Positions 38,565-50,261 of a stretch of DNA of 64,000 bases are shown here, piece after piece; within the stretch, counting starts at the first letter, position 1; every line of letters starts with the position of its first letter. The stretch is from Octopus bimaculoides (lineage: Eukaryota), in contig NC_068983.1 in NCBI RefSeq assembly GCF_001194135.2, forward strand, positions 31,124,369 through 31,188,368. Direction: 5' to 3'. Both the position numbers and the translations under genes were made by a program. A model generated the notes under the pieces. The model was not told where the DNA came from. It saw nothing but the letters and a program-made list of their open reading frames with translations, and did no database searches.

Positions 38565-38783
38565 TTAGAAGAGTAATGTATTTTTTAGAAAGTTAAAAGT
38601 TATGGCCTGTCATCGAGTGACCATTGTTTTCGCACCTATAAAGCGCTTAGCAGTATAGGTGATTCGCTAGACTCAAAACTGACGAGCCGCCTGTGCTGTT
38701 AGACAGTTTTATAGGTGCGAAACCAATGGTCATTCTATAACCGGCCATAACTTTTAACTTCCTAATACACGTATTCCTCTATA
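38565..38783. repeat. ~200-bp foldback element
   Basis: tagaaagttaaaagttatggcc…gaccattgttttcgcacctataaa is inverted at tttataggtgcgaaaccaatggtc…ggccataacttttaacttccta. Confidence 0.82.
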
Positions 38784-39520
38784 CACCATAATACAAACAC
38801 CTTAAAATTTTATTTTTATTTATATATATATATATTTATATATATATACGAGTGAGGGGACAAACGAAAGAAGGGCACACAACCAATTTACTGGGAGTTA
38901 CATGTATGGGTCAAAACAGTTTGATTCAAATTCGTTGATACTCTTGAGTTTCAGGCGTGATGCTAGTCGTCAAACATTTTGAATTTGAATGACAGTAGTT
39001 GATTATTATTACCGTAAGGTGGATTGCGATTGGTTGAGGAAGGTCACACAGTGTCGTGGTTTGATGTTGGTATATGGGTAACAATTAGTTGGAAAATACC
39101 GCATGGTGAACAGCAAATTGACCACGTGGAGGACAGGAAATAGAGCACGTGGCGATTAGGAATCGGTCAGGTTGTTGACGGGGAAGTATAAAGGGGCGGC
39201 ATGTGCAAGTATATAGTTCTACATGTAGGTGTGTAGGCGCGCTCATATAGTTTTGTGTGCATATGTATATCATGTGTATGTTGATGTGAGTGTGCGCATC
39301 TGTACATAGGCGCGTACCGCATTTCTGCACAACACACACACGCATTCGCTTGGATGCATACGCACGCGCGCACACGTACACACATACACACGCATACGCA
39401 CACATGCACACACATACACGCGTACGCACACACATGCGTATTCATTTATATGTACATATGAATATTCGCATGCATGTACGCACACGTGCGCGTGCGAAAG
39501 TACAGACGCGCAAAACAAGC

Positions 39521-39625
39521 GTTGGGTATTGGTAAGCATTGGGGATTGGTATGTGTTGGGGGTTGGTAAATGTCGGAGATTGGTAAATGTTGGGGATTGG
39601 TAAATGCTGGGGATTGGTAAATGGC
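39521..39625. repeat. G-rich ~18-bp minisatellite (tggggattggtaaatg) x~6
   Basis: Degenerate units directly visible. Confidence 0.75.
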
Positions 39626-39689
39626 GGTCCTGCTCATGGGGTTAGTTGGTAGCAGTGACCTTGGTGCAGGCGGTGCAGAGTAGCAGCTG

Positions 39690-39960
39690 GTGCTAAAGTG
39701 GTATATCCGGGTTGTCGGTAGTCAGAGGCCTGAAATTTGCCACAAAGGCATATCTCTGGTGACAGCAATATGATAAATCATATTTCTTGTTGACGGATAC
39801 TGCGAGTTGTTGGAGGATATGCAGTTTTTCGCGGCGGCACTGCTGGCAATTGGGGGAGCTGGGTGAATAGAGTGGCGCTCTGTCGGCAATAGTCCACTTG
39901 ATGCTGAGTTTTCTGTCATTCAAATTCAAAATGGCAGACGATTAGCCTCACGCTTGAAAC
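39690..39960 (-). mobile_element. Penelope-like GIY-YIG C-terminal fragment
   Basis: NLNDRKLSIKWTIADRAPLYSPSSPNCQQCRREKLHIL…VNKKYDLSYCCHQRYAFVANF follows the IKW…CxxCxxEK…NKxxEL…C.H pattern. Confidence 0.7.
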
Positions 39961-40351
39961 TCAAACGGACCAACGAATTTGAATCAAACTATTTTGATCC
40001 ATATATATATATATATATANNNNNNNNNNNNNNNNNNNNNNNNNNNNNNNNNNNNNNNNNNNNNNNNNNNNNNNNNNNNNNNNNNNNNNNNNNNNNNNNN
40101 NNNNNNNNNNNNNNNNNNNNNNNNNNNNNNNNNNNNNNNNNNNNNNNNNNNNNNNNNNNNNNNNNNNNNNNNNNNNNNNNNNNNNNNNNNNNNNNNNNNN
40201 NNNNNNNNNNNNNNNNNNNNNNNNNNNNNNNNNNNNNNNNNNNNNNNNNNNNNNNNNNNNNNNNNNNNNNNNNNNNNNNNNNNNNNNNNNNNNNNNNNNN
40301 NNNNNNNNNNNNNNNNNNNNNNNNNNNNNNNNNNNNNNNNNNNNNNNNNNN

Positions 40352-40612
40352 CAAGTAAAAGAATATATATGTATGTACGTATGTATGCATATATTTGTGT
40401 GTCTGTGTTTGTCCCCACTCCATCGTTTGACAACCGATGTTTATGTGTTTACGCCCCCGTAACTTAGCATTTTGGTAAAAGAAACCGATACAATAAGTAC
40501 TAGGTTAACAAAGAATAAGTCTTGGGGTCGATTTGTTCGACTAAAGGCGGTGCTCTAGCATGGCCGCAATCAAATGACTGAAACAAGTAAAAGAATATAT
40601 ATGTATGTACGT
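40352..40612 (+). mobile_element. SINE family A 3' half, apparently tandemly duplicated
   Basis: Matches the 3' half of 38002-38415; caagtaaaagaatatatatgtatgtacgta occurs at both 40352 and 40584. Confidence 0.8.
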
Positions 40613-40661
40613 ATATCATCTTACAGCTTGTTGTTCACCGCCTTATTTCCCTTTTCCATTT

Positions 40662-40885
40662 TTCAACGTTATCTTCTTATTCAACGTTATCTTCTTATTC
40701 AACGTTATCTTCTTATTCAAGGTTATCTTCTTATTCAACGTTATCTTCTTATTCAACGTTATCTTCTTATTCAACGTTATCTTCTTNNNNNNNNNNTTTC
40801 AACGTTATCTTCTTATTCAACGTTATCTTCTTATTCAACGTTATCTTCTTATTCAAGGTTATCTTCTTATTCAACGTTATCTTCT
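40662..40885. repeat. 18-bp minisatellite (tcaacgttatcttcttat) x~12 with a 10-N gap
   Basis: Unit directly visible; produces the QRYLLI ORF artefact. Confidence 0.92.
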
Positions 40886-41978
40886 CTATTGCCTCCACAG
40901 TTGTTATACGTTCTATCTCTTTCTACTCGTCCGTTACATCTCCCCGATTCTTGCCCTTCCAAAAGAAGAAAAAAGAAAAGAAAAGAAAGAAAACGCCACT
41001 TCTTTTCCTCGTCCCATAACCTGCTTTCGTTCTGTCAGCCTGTAATCTCTCTGCTTGCCGTTTCCTATTTTTTCTCTATTGCCCAAACGCTCATCACCAA
41101 TTTGTACTATGCGTTACTTCTCTGCATTCAGTTGTCTTAAATCCATCATTCAGTTGAAAAACTATACATACATACATACATACATACATACATACATACA
41201 TACATGCATGCATACATGCATACATGCATACATGCATACATACATACATACACATACATACATATGTGGATGTATATTCATGTGTGTGTGTGTTTGTGTG
41301 TGTGAGCTCTTGTAAGTGTGCATCTTATGGATGCATGTGTATATATTTGTGTCTATGTACGTACGTATCCTGATAAATAAAGTCACCTGTTTTCCTTTGC
41401 TCTTTGTTGGAAAATTGAGTTGCACATCAATCTTATCCGATATTCTTTTTCCTTTAATCAACCTAATTTATACTGATTGATATGATTATGATAGGCCACA
41501 ATGGAATTGAACCAGTATATTGAAATATCACTTTGATTCTCCTCCTCAAAAGATGAGATATTTCATCAAATTTTATTCCTATCTACGTTCATTTATATAC
41601 AAATATGCATACATATATAGCATATACCCACATACATTATACGAGCAGACACGCATATATTATTACTACAGTTGCGAAGGGACAAATAATAAGTATTTAA
41701 TGATGAAAGAACTCTCTACTGTTATAGAGTAAAATATATTTTTTATATAGATAGTGACTGTGGCTTCACCCTCTCTCGTGGGTTATTGAATCAGTGAACA
41801 AAATACAGAGTTTTAGATAGTTATGCATAAAAAATGATATGGAGACAGTCGGAGTTTCAAATGACTGAAATAATTTTCGCCGGCTATCAGATAGTGGTAG
41901 CAAATAAAGTTTTAATTTGTGAAGTTTAAAAAACCTTCAATATATGTTAAAGAGAAATGAAATTTCTTTTTCATAAAA

Positions 41979-42063
41979 AGAAAACTATATATAGAAAACT
42001 ATATATAGAAAACTATATATAGAAAACTATATATAGAAAACTATATATAGAAAACTATATAGA
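41979..42063. repeat. 14-bp tandem (agaaaactatatat) x~6
   Basis: Directly visible. Confidence 0.88.
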
Positions 42064-42111
42064 TAAATACACAAACTATAACGTGCGTAAAACGTAGTGC
42101 TTTAGTTACAT

Positions 42112-42300
42112 TATTTACAGTTGACGGACATTTGTCCTCATCTTGTTTGTTGTTAACACTACGTCTCGGCTGATATACCCTTCAGCCTTCGTCAGGTGTC
42201 TGGGGAAAATTTCGAACCTGGGTTAACAACAAACAAGATAAAGACAAATATCCGTCAACTGTAAATAATGTAAATAATGTAAATAATGTACATAATTCCT
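42112..42300. mobile_element. Small inverted-repeat element, probably Penelope pLTR-derived, with a (tgtaaataa)n tail
   Basis: ttatttacagttgacggacatttgtcctcatcttgtttgttgttaac versus gttaacaacaaacaagataaagacaaatatccgtcaactgtaaataa; hammerhead motif in the spacer. Confidence 0.75.
42155..42200 (-). ncRNA. Minimal type I hammerhead ribozyme motif, one core substitution
   Basis: GACAC-CUGACGA-A-GGCUGA/AGGGUAUA/UCAGCC-GAGA-C-GUA-GUGUU: stems I and II intact, GAAA changed to GAGA, palindromic ACGU in place of stem III. Confidence 0.68.
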
Positions 42301-45079
42301 CATCTCTTAAATATAGAACTGTAAAACGTAGTGTTGTTTGAGAAATGACTCATATTCATATCTGACGCTTTAAAGCAACTGAAAACTGAAACTTAATAGT
42401 CAAAATATATGTACTTGTTTGAGTCTGTTAATTACTATTTAAATGTGTGTGTATTTAAGGGCAGAAAGGGCCCATAGAATTCTTAACAAGTTGATTTCAC
42501 AATGTAGGTACAGTTAGTAGAAATTTGCAAATGTTTATAGCGTAAATACTAGGATACATAAAATAAACAAAGCGGAACAGAATAAATCAAAAGTTAAAAA
42601 ACTATAAGATTAACAATCCCCAATATTGCTTTTTCCATAGCTATGAAAGTTTAAGTGCACAACCTACTCTTCTGAACTCTTTTGAAAACAGAAGAGAATG
42701 TCGAAAATGTGTGTTCATTTTTGTTGTTATTAATATCCATAAGACAGTCACGAAGGTCGCACAGAATTAATGCCATAGATATTCGGACAGATTTTAAGTA
42801 CATTCTCACAAAATTTAGACGGAATGTAATTTGCTTTGATCTATCTATTCATCATTACCCACACTGTGTGGTGAAATTTTGGTTCTCTGTATTGGTTTAT
42901 TCTACAATACTGTCAGTTACGCGTAACATTTCTGCCTCCAGCTTTCTGAAACTGTAGATAAGCCACATAACATAAAAAAGTAAATCTAGTTAATTAATGT
43001 TTAAATGAGTCTTTTACAAATATGGTACATTCGTCTTTTTTTTAACCAACAATCTAGACTCTGAGGGGAAATAGTGATGATCGTCGTCGGTAAAAATCAG
43101 CTCAGAAGAGTTCTGAACTATCAGAACTCACTTCTTACGAACTAAGTTTATATGAATTTAGCTTTTAATTTGACATAGTTTAATCACGAACAAAATTTCT
43201 TTGTGGATGAAACACAGGTAGTTTATTTTCTACTAGACTCTCACCGATTACTTTAAATTCAGCATGTCGAACAATTGACTGTGGCGGATAAACTGTGGGT
43301 GTCAATCACTGCTAGAAAATTTAAATTGTGAAAGTCATGAATATAGTAGAAGGCCTCGGGTGTAGCCTTGTGTAACACAGCGCATTGCCTCATTTTTGAA
43401 ACGCTTCAATTCTATTAGACACGTATTGTTATAGTTTAAGAAAGACTTTGTGTCAAACTAGTAAACTAAGGAATAACGCATTAAAATATAACACAAAAAA
43501 AAAAATGCGATGGTTTAGAGTCTGAAAAGACTTTGATGTGTCACAGTGTTAAAAGCTACCATTCAAATCAACGAGCATCCCATTCACTGTGTTCTATATC
43601 TAGCTTTAATAGTTAGTCAGTCAAAAGAAATATATTTTACTATAAATCACACTGAAGCACCTGACTACTAAAATATGCGGTCCTAATACAAAAGTGAAAT
43701 AACTTTTTCTTCAGTTGGAATACAGTCTTTTAAATGTATTTGACTGATATTTTATAGTAGAAAGAGAAAAGACAAGTCAGTGAAGGAAGCGCACATATTC
43801 AATTTGTGATTATTATTATTATAGAGGACTACTTTAGCTGGTTTATATAATTCAAAGAAAGAAGAGCAGTTTCAAAAAACTTCAGTGGTGTACAGTGTGT
43901 TAAAAACACGCACGCACGCACGCACACACACACACACACACACACAGACACGCGCACACACAAACAAATAAAAAAAAAGAGCGAGAAGGTATGTTTGCAG
44001 CCATTGAAAGTTTATGGGCTGACGGGTATTACTGAAACACAAATGCCATCTATAAAAGCGAAAAAATATGGCACAAATTCATCAGTCCTTTTTAAGAGGC
44101 AATACAGATATCAAGAACAATTCAGCATCTTTGACTTTCAATGAATCACGCGTTTCCTTTGGTGAATGGATGCTATTATATGTCTGTCTGTCTGTCTGTC
44201 TGCTTGTCGGTTTGTCTGTGTGTCTGTGTTTCTGTATGTGTGTATGTATAAATATATACGTGTGATTTTCGTTAAGTATCGTACACAAAGGAACATTAAT
44301 TGAATAATAACTCATTTAAGTAGAGTATCAAATGCCTTTTACAAAGCAAAGGTTGACAGTTGCTATCTCCTTGTCTATATCTGTCTCTGTCTTCTCTGTC
44401 TCATATATACACACACACACATACATGCATGCATCAACAGACACAGATACGCGCGCACACACAAACATACACACACACACAAACACATGTATGTATGTAT
44501 GTATGTATGTATGTATGTATGTATGTANNNNNNNNNNNNNNNNNNNNNNNNNNNNNNNNNNNNNNNNNNNNNNNNNNNNNNNNNNNNNNNNNNNNNNNNN
44601 NNNNNNNNNNNNNNNNNNNNNNNNNNNNNNNNNNNNNNNNNNNNNNNNNNNNNNNNNNNNNNNNNNNNNNNNNNNNNNNNNNNNNNNNNNNNNNNNNNNN
44701 NNNNNNNNNNNNNNNNNNNNNNNNNNNNNNNNNNNNNNNNNNNNNNNNNNNNNNNNNNNNNNNNNNNNNNNNNNNNNNNGATCAGCAAATATTTTCTGAA
44801 CTTCGGTATATGGTGAAGCAAATATTTGCTGATCCCTTAATTATGTTTATAAATATATATGAGCTTTTAAATAAGTTCTCCACCAATAATGGTGCTTTCA
44901 TACCGATGGGCTTGGTAAAAATTATTAATTGTTAATTGATTTATTAATTAATAAATTGATAATCCTTTACCCTTTTAATTTGTAATAATTATATATATAT
45001 ATATATATAGGTATGTTATTTTGTCGATGCCCAGAGCTTCGTCGAGAACGTCGTCACTGTTCCCAGCGTCTAATTCTCG

Positions 45080-47270
45080 ATAGTTAGCAAGAGCTGCAAC
45101 CCCATCAAAGAGACTAATCCGAAGAAGAGGAAAGGCCCCACGAATAGTCACTACACCCGCTCATCGTCCAGGAATTTCTGTTCGTAGCAAAACCCGTGAA
45201 CATGTCTGCGTTTCAGTAGCCACAGCGTCTCTATCTCACAAGAGACCGAAGAGTAGACGTTCCAATCTGATCAGTCAGTAATGGGACAAGGCATGCTGGT
45301 CAAGAAGTAAGCGGTGGTGATGTAGACAGTCACCACTTTTGCTCAACATTTTAGAGAAGCTCCCTTCCCACCCATTTTTGGGTGAAAGTAGACACCCAGT
45401 TCATTACTACGTCTCATTTAAAGCCTGCTTGGAGGTCGTTAACAAACCAAACCCTAAGTACTTTGGTAGATTCATCATCTGGATCGATTTGCCTCTCCGG
45501 GTGCAGAGCTTCAAAACTACCGACTGGTTCGGGTTTAATTTAGCGCCTGCCACCATTTTATATTCATTTATAATAGTTTTTGACTGCCTCCACTTTGGTG
45601 TTATTCGACACCAATAACAGTAACGACATTCGCATACGCCAAAACAGCCCTCCCAGGTCTCAATTTGAAAGGAGTGCTCTCAAACGTTCAAAGTCTCACA
45701 GAACATAGAACATACAAAAGATATGAGAGGTAGCCGTTTACTTTCATCACCGAGCAGGTACTGCTCCGCATTGCGGTAATCCAGCTCCTGAAAACTTGAG
45801 ACCGCTCCCAGGAGAACTTCAACGGTAGTCGACTCTGAAACTTTTGATTGTTGCAAATTTATCGGGAACCCACAGAAGGGGTCTATGATGTAATGCATGT
45901 GGTGGAGTTTGTCACGGATGGCCCTATTTGGGATCGAACGCATTCGCGCTTCCTCGAGTCGACCACCGATCTTCTGTGCTAATGCCTCAGCCAAAAACTT
46001 AGTGTGTTCAGTAGAGTTGTCTCTGTCAATTTGTTCTCTCGTGTTTCAGCTATAGCTCTTTCAAAACAGCATTTGTGTTTCACGTTGAAGAAATGGACGA
46101 GAGCCATTCTCAATGATAATACGTTGGTTGCGATAGCTTTACTATTGGGTTGGTGCATAGTTATTGCGGCTTTTTTTCAACAAATTTTATTCAACAAAAA
46201 CAATAACAACATGTAACAAAAACATCTTTAAATGATTATTCCGGAGCATATTCACCATCTACTTCAATTACTTATTCCCATTTACTTGGCAGACGGTCAG
46301 ACCGTCATTTAAAGAAGGTTTTTGTTAAATATTGTTATTGTGCAATAATTATGCACCAACCTAATAGTTGCCTCAGTGGATTGCTAACTAGCTTCTCCCT
46401 GTAATCTATTTTTTCTACAGTTAGCTCTTTACCAGACATTACTGGTTCCCTGTAGTATCTGCGTGCCGGTAAAAACTCATTCAGCATCTAGTAATCCTAT
46501 CTCAGTTGACCGAGGAGGTCACAAATTTGTGGTCTGTGTAGCTGACAAGTTTAAACTGTGGGCATCCAACACTTCTCCTATCTACAAACTTAACAAATTA
46601 CCTAGATACAGTCTGGATGACCCACTGTGGTTGCTCCATATCCAGACTGGTACATCCGGGAAGTCCAATCAGTATCTATCAAAGAGTTGAACACGTCTGA
46701 ACATATGTTCGTGACATGCACGAGAACCACTCAATCCCACTGTGTATTTTGAATGCAATGTCAACCCTACTAGTACCAGAGATCGGAAGATCCGTAGGAA
46801 ATCTTCCAGATTCCTGAAGAAATCGAGCCGTTCTGACCTTGTCTAGGTACAACTACTAGTCTCACGGCATCTCTTTCGCTGCCGTTCTCGTCCAATATCA
46901 TCGCCTTATCGCCCGGAGCCAAGAATGTTGTCCACAGCTCAAGATAAAGTATATCTGGAATTACTCTACCAACTCACCACCCGATCTCCATAGGCCATCA
47001 AAAATTGGTTCGCATGCGTGCGCTCTAGATAATTTATCTGCTCAAGCTGATGGTTACCATATTTATGTCTAATGACCCGAAATCATTGAGCAAGTGACCA
47101 AGCTTCCAAGCTGACCCCAGATCACCTACATTTATGCCTGCTAGTCTATGTACAGCTGATGTCTACTGGGGAAAAACAAATGAAGAGATCACTCAACTTG
47201 TCCTTGAGAAGTCTTGTTGATCTGGTACCCTCGTCTGTTAAGAGGGAAATTTCAAAAGGCCTTTCAAAAC
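45080..47270 (-). mobile_element. Degenerate L1/Tx1-clade LINE (APE endonuclease to RT)
   Basis: APE end LDFPDVPVWIWSNHSGSSRLYL…CPQFKLVSYTDHKFV; RT region AEALAQK…SIPNRAIRDKLHHMHYII…INLQQSK; downstream CPITD*IRLERLLFGLL; internal deletion around 46090-46400. Confidence 0.75.
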
Positions 47271-47639
47271 GATTTTTATTATGATTTTTGTTAAAGAGCT
47301 CTTATGCCAAAAGGAAGTGATTCCCTTAACTCTTTATGTATGTCAGTCTGTTTGCAGCAACAGCCTGTCTTTGAGAGTTTTGGGGAGAAGTCTTCCAATT
47401 GGTGACTATTTTTCTGCTTTTTATCACCTTGTCCATCAATCTGATATCATTCTTTTCCCATAAGAAATATCTCTGGACGAATACCACCTTTCACGATGCA
47501 TTTATTGAATATGCTACATAGGTGATTATTTTAATTTGATACTACTTCTGTTGCACACTACATGCATACATACATACATACATACATACATACATACATA
47601 CATACATACATACATACATGCATACATGCATACATACAA

Positions 47640-47825
47640 ATACGGCTAAAAATGTTGAATGTCTCTTATTGATTCTCTTGAAGCTGGCGACATGGTTGCA
47701 ATAACGATTCTTGAATGAATCAGCCGTTTGCCCAATATAAATATACAGCCTTCCCCTTGTGTACACGGTACATTTATATACAAGATTTGTAGAGTTAGCA
47801 TAGGTTACCTTTAAGGTGTGCCAAT
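47640..47825 (-). mobile_element. Penelope-like GIY-YIG N-terminal fragment
   Basis: LVYKCTVYTRGRLYIYIGQTADSFKNRYCNHVASFK contains the VY…YIGQT…FKxRYxNH GIY-YIG signature. Confidence 0.8.
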
Positions 47826-47826
47826 T

Positions 47827-47910
<84 letters not shown>

Positions 47911-47961
47911 GCCATGATAGATCGCTAGCCACTACACATTCTTTATTTTCTTTCTGTGCTC

Positions 47962-47997
47962 CTTTCTGTAGAAGAGCATAGGCTCGATACGTTAAAG
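47962..47997 (+). ncRNA. Degenerate minimal hammerhead motif in a pLTR-like repeat
   Basis: CUUU-CUGUAGA-A-GAGC/AUAG/GCUC-GAUA-C-GUU-AAAG: same architecture as 42155-42200, with two core substitutions. Confidence 0.5.
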
Positions 47998-48094
47998 ACT
48001 TTTTCACTTCCCGAGCGTTAAATTAATACAATTGTTTGTTGTCTACACCACCTGTCTTCGTCTTTTGTTTTTTTTTTGTGTGATTCTCCCCCTG

Positions 48095-48166
<72 letters not shown>

Positions 48167-49940
48167 CACACACACGTAGGCAGGCCTGGATTTTCTGGAT
48201 TGTTGTTATTATTACTTGATAGAGCATCAAACAAAATGTTTTGCAGTTTCTTGCTAATATCCTTTTCCCTCTTCGTTCAGGCGTTGATAAAATACCACTG
48301 AGTATTAGGATCGAATTAGTTGACTAACTCCACTCCTGAAAACTTCAGCTCTTGCGTTTATATTTGAAATGATTATAATTATTATTGGATGAAAGAACTG
48401 GTACATTGATGGAAAAAATACCTTGTGATTGTTCGTTATATTCTTTTATGTTTTGAGTTTAAATCTTGCCACGGTAAATTTATCTTTCATCCTTCAGGGT
48501 GACCTGAAAATAAGTACCAGTTGAGAGTAATAAATTGATATAGATTGAACTGAGTGTAAATCTTCCTAAAATTAATAATTTTGTGTTTACACCTCAGATT
48601 ATTATTACCATTATGAAAATCATTATCCAACTGAAGACACCTGTTAAATATGAAGGTTGATTTAAATGGCTGTACCTCTCCATCCCACAATTTACGACAT
48701 CGAACTAATGTTAATGATCAATAATATTATCCAACTCATGGCGTACATGCATGTGTCAATTTCTTAGTATGATAAGTTGGTTTTATAGATAAAAATCGAA
48801 CAAACATGATGTATTAATCTAATTTCAATAGAACGCTTGCTACATTTTGCAATAAAACAGAATAAATAAAAATAAGAATAACACTTCTTGATTGTTGAAG
48901 CAGTAGCTAGAAACTGTCTGAATATGTGTATCAAGCTGTGAGTCCAGGAATCGAGTGTCAGAAAATGGCGCTTTTCTTTAAAGAGTAGCAAGTAAAATAA
49001 TTGAAATTGTGCTCAGTCGGAAGTTGGACGACGAACATGTCGTTATTACTCGGAAATGCATTTTACTGACTACTCTTATGTTAATATTCTCTGTCAGTAG
49101 ATACTTAACACTATTTTCTTTGGACTTTACGCTTATAGTAACAATCAATAATTTCTATATAAACAGTTTATTCATATGCTTATACTTGCATTCCAACATA
49201 AATACAGCCTTTACGTATCTTTAGAGCGCCTCGTTACAGAAACTGCCTTGCGTACTTAGCTTATACATCTAACTCTTTAGACCCGCTAATTCTAGCTTCC
49301 AAGAAATATTCTAAGTTAGTCACAACTCTTGAGGGTGTTAGCTTGCTTACGATCGTGATCTCAAAACCTTTCACGAAAATAAAGGGAGCTTACTATCATT
49401 AGGGTAGAGAATTTACAGAAGTAGTATAGCGCTGGACAAAATACTTTCTGTTATCTTGTTACATCCGTTCCGATCTAAGTTCATTTCCCACCAAAATCAC
49501 TTTTGTTTTTTTTTTGTTTTTTTTTGCTTTTTGAAGTTGATAGAATAAATTCTAGTTGATCTAATCAACAGCACTCGTACAGAAAATGCGCGAAGAGTGG
49601 ATGGTACCTCTCTAAGTGTAGACCTGTGAGTCGAAGAGAAGGAATTGGAGCGGGCACTTGCTCTAGGGGTTTCAGGGAAATCTCGGACAGTGGGGTTCCT
49701 CGATTATCCCTAGAGGCCTTTCTGTATCAGGAGGGCCACATCTCTATTTTCCTCCACGACACTTGTTTTAACCTTTGAATGCTATGCATATGTCCCTTCT
49801 TTTCATTGTATACCGTGTGTACTTAATTTCCTTCTTTCTTTCCTTCCTTTTTTATCACTTCATTATATGCAAATCCCCACACTTTATGTTTGTCTTTGTA
49901 TTGATCCCCTCATCAATCACCGTTGTGGCAAATAAATGAA

Positions 49941-49941
<1 letters not shown>

Positions 49942-49988
<47 letters not shown>

Positions 49989-50260
49989 GAGTGAGAGATC
50001 AGTGCATACCATCAAAGTGACACTGGGGTAAAATATATGAAGCCCAGTGACAACCCGTCTGATAAGGGTACACCAGGCACATGCATCACAACCATATGTG
50101 CGCGACACGGTGATCTCATATCAAGATAAATAGCGCATGACCTTGCAGGTGGGGGCCCAGTTAGAATTTTCTTCAGGTCAAGTAGCCCATCCTGCTCAAA
50201 AGGCTCCTGAATAAGGGATTTTTAAGGATGTTGAACGAGACACCCATGTTTCCAAAGGTG
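49942..50260 (-). mobile_element. Unclassified interspersed-repeat 3' end with (AAT)n tail
   Basis: Non-coding segment with a trinucleotide tail at 49942-49988, abutting the RLE fragment at ~50262; family not identified. Confidence 0.4.
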
Positions 50261-50261
50261 A

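Noticed and set aside
40662-40885. Possible CRISPR-like array
   Set aside because: Contiguous 18-bp units with no unique spacers; eukaryotic context; no cas genes.
42682-43480. Short open frames and splice-like signals as host exons
   Set aside because: No consistent frame or recognisable protein on either strand.
45029-45064. Hammerhead-like string on the minus strand (GUGACGA…GAAG)
   Set aside because: Both core segments deviate, there is no UH site and no stem I.
48960-48990. aaaatggcg as a host gene start
   Set aside because: A stop follows after seven codons and there is no donor site.
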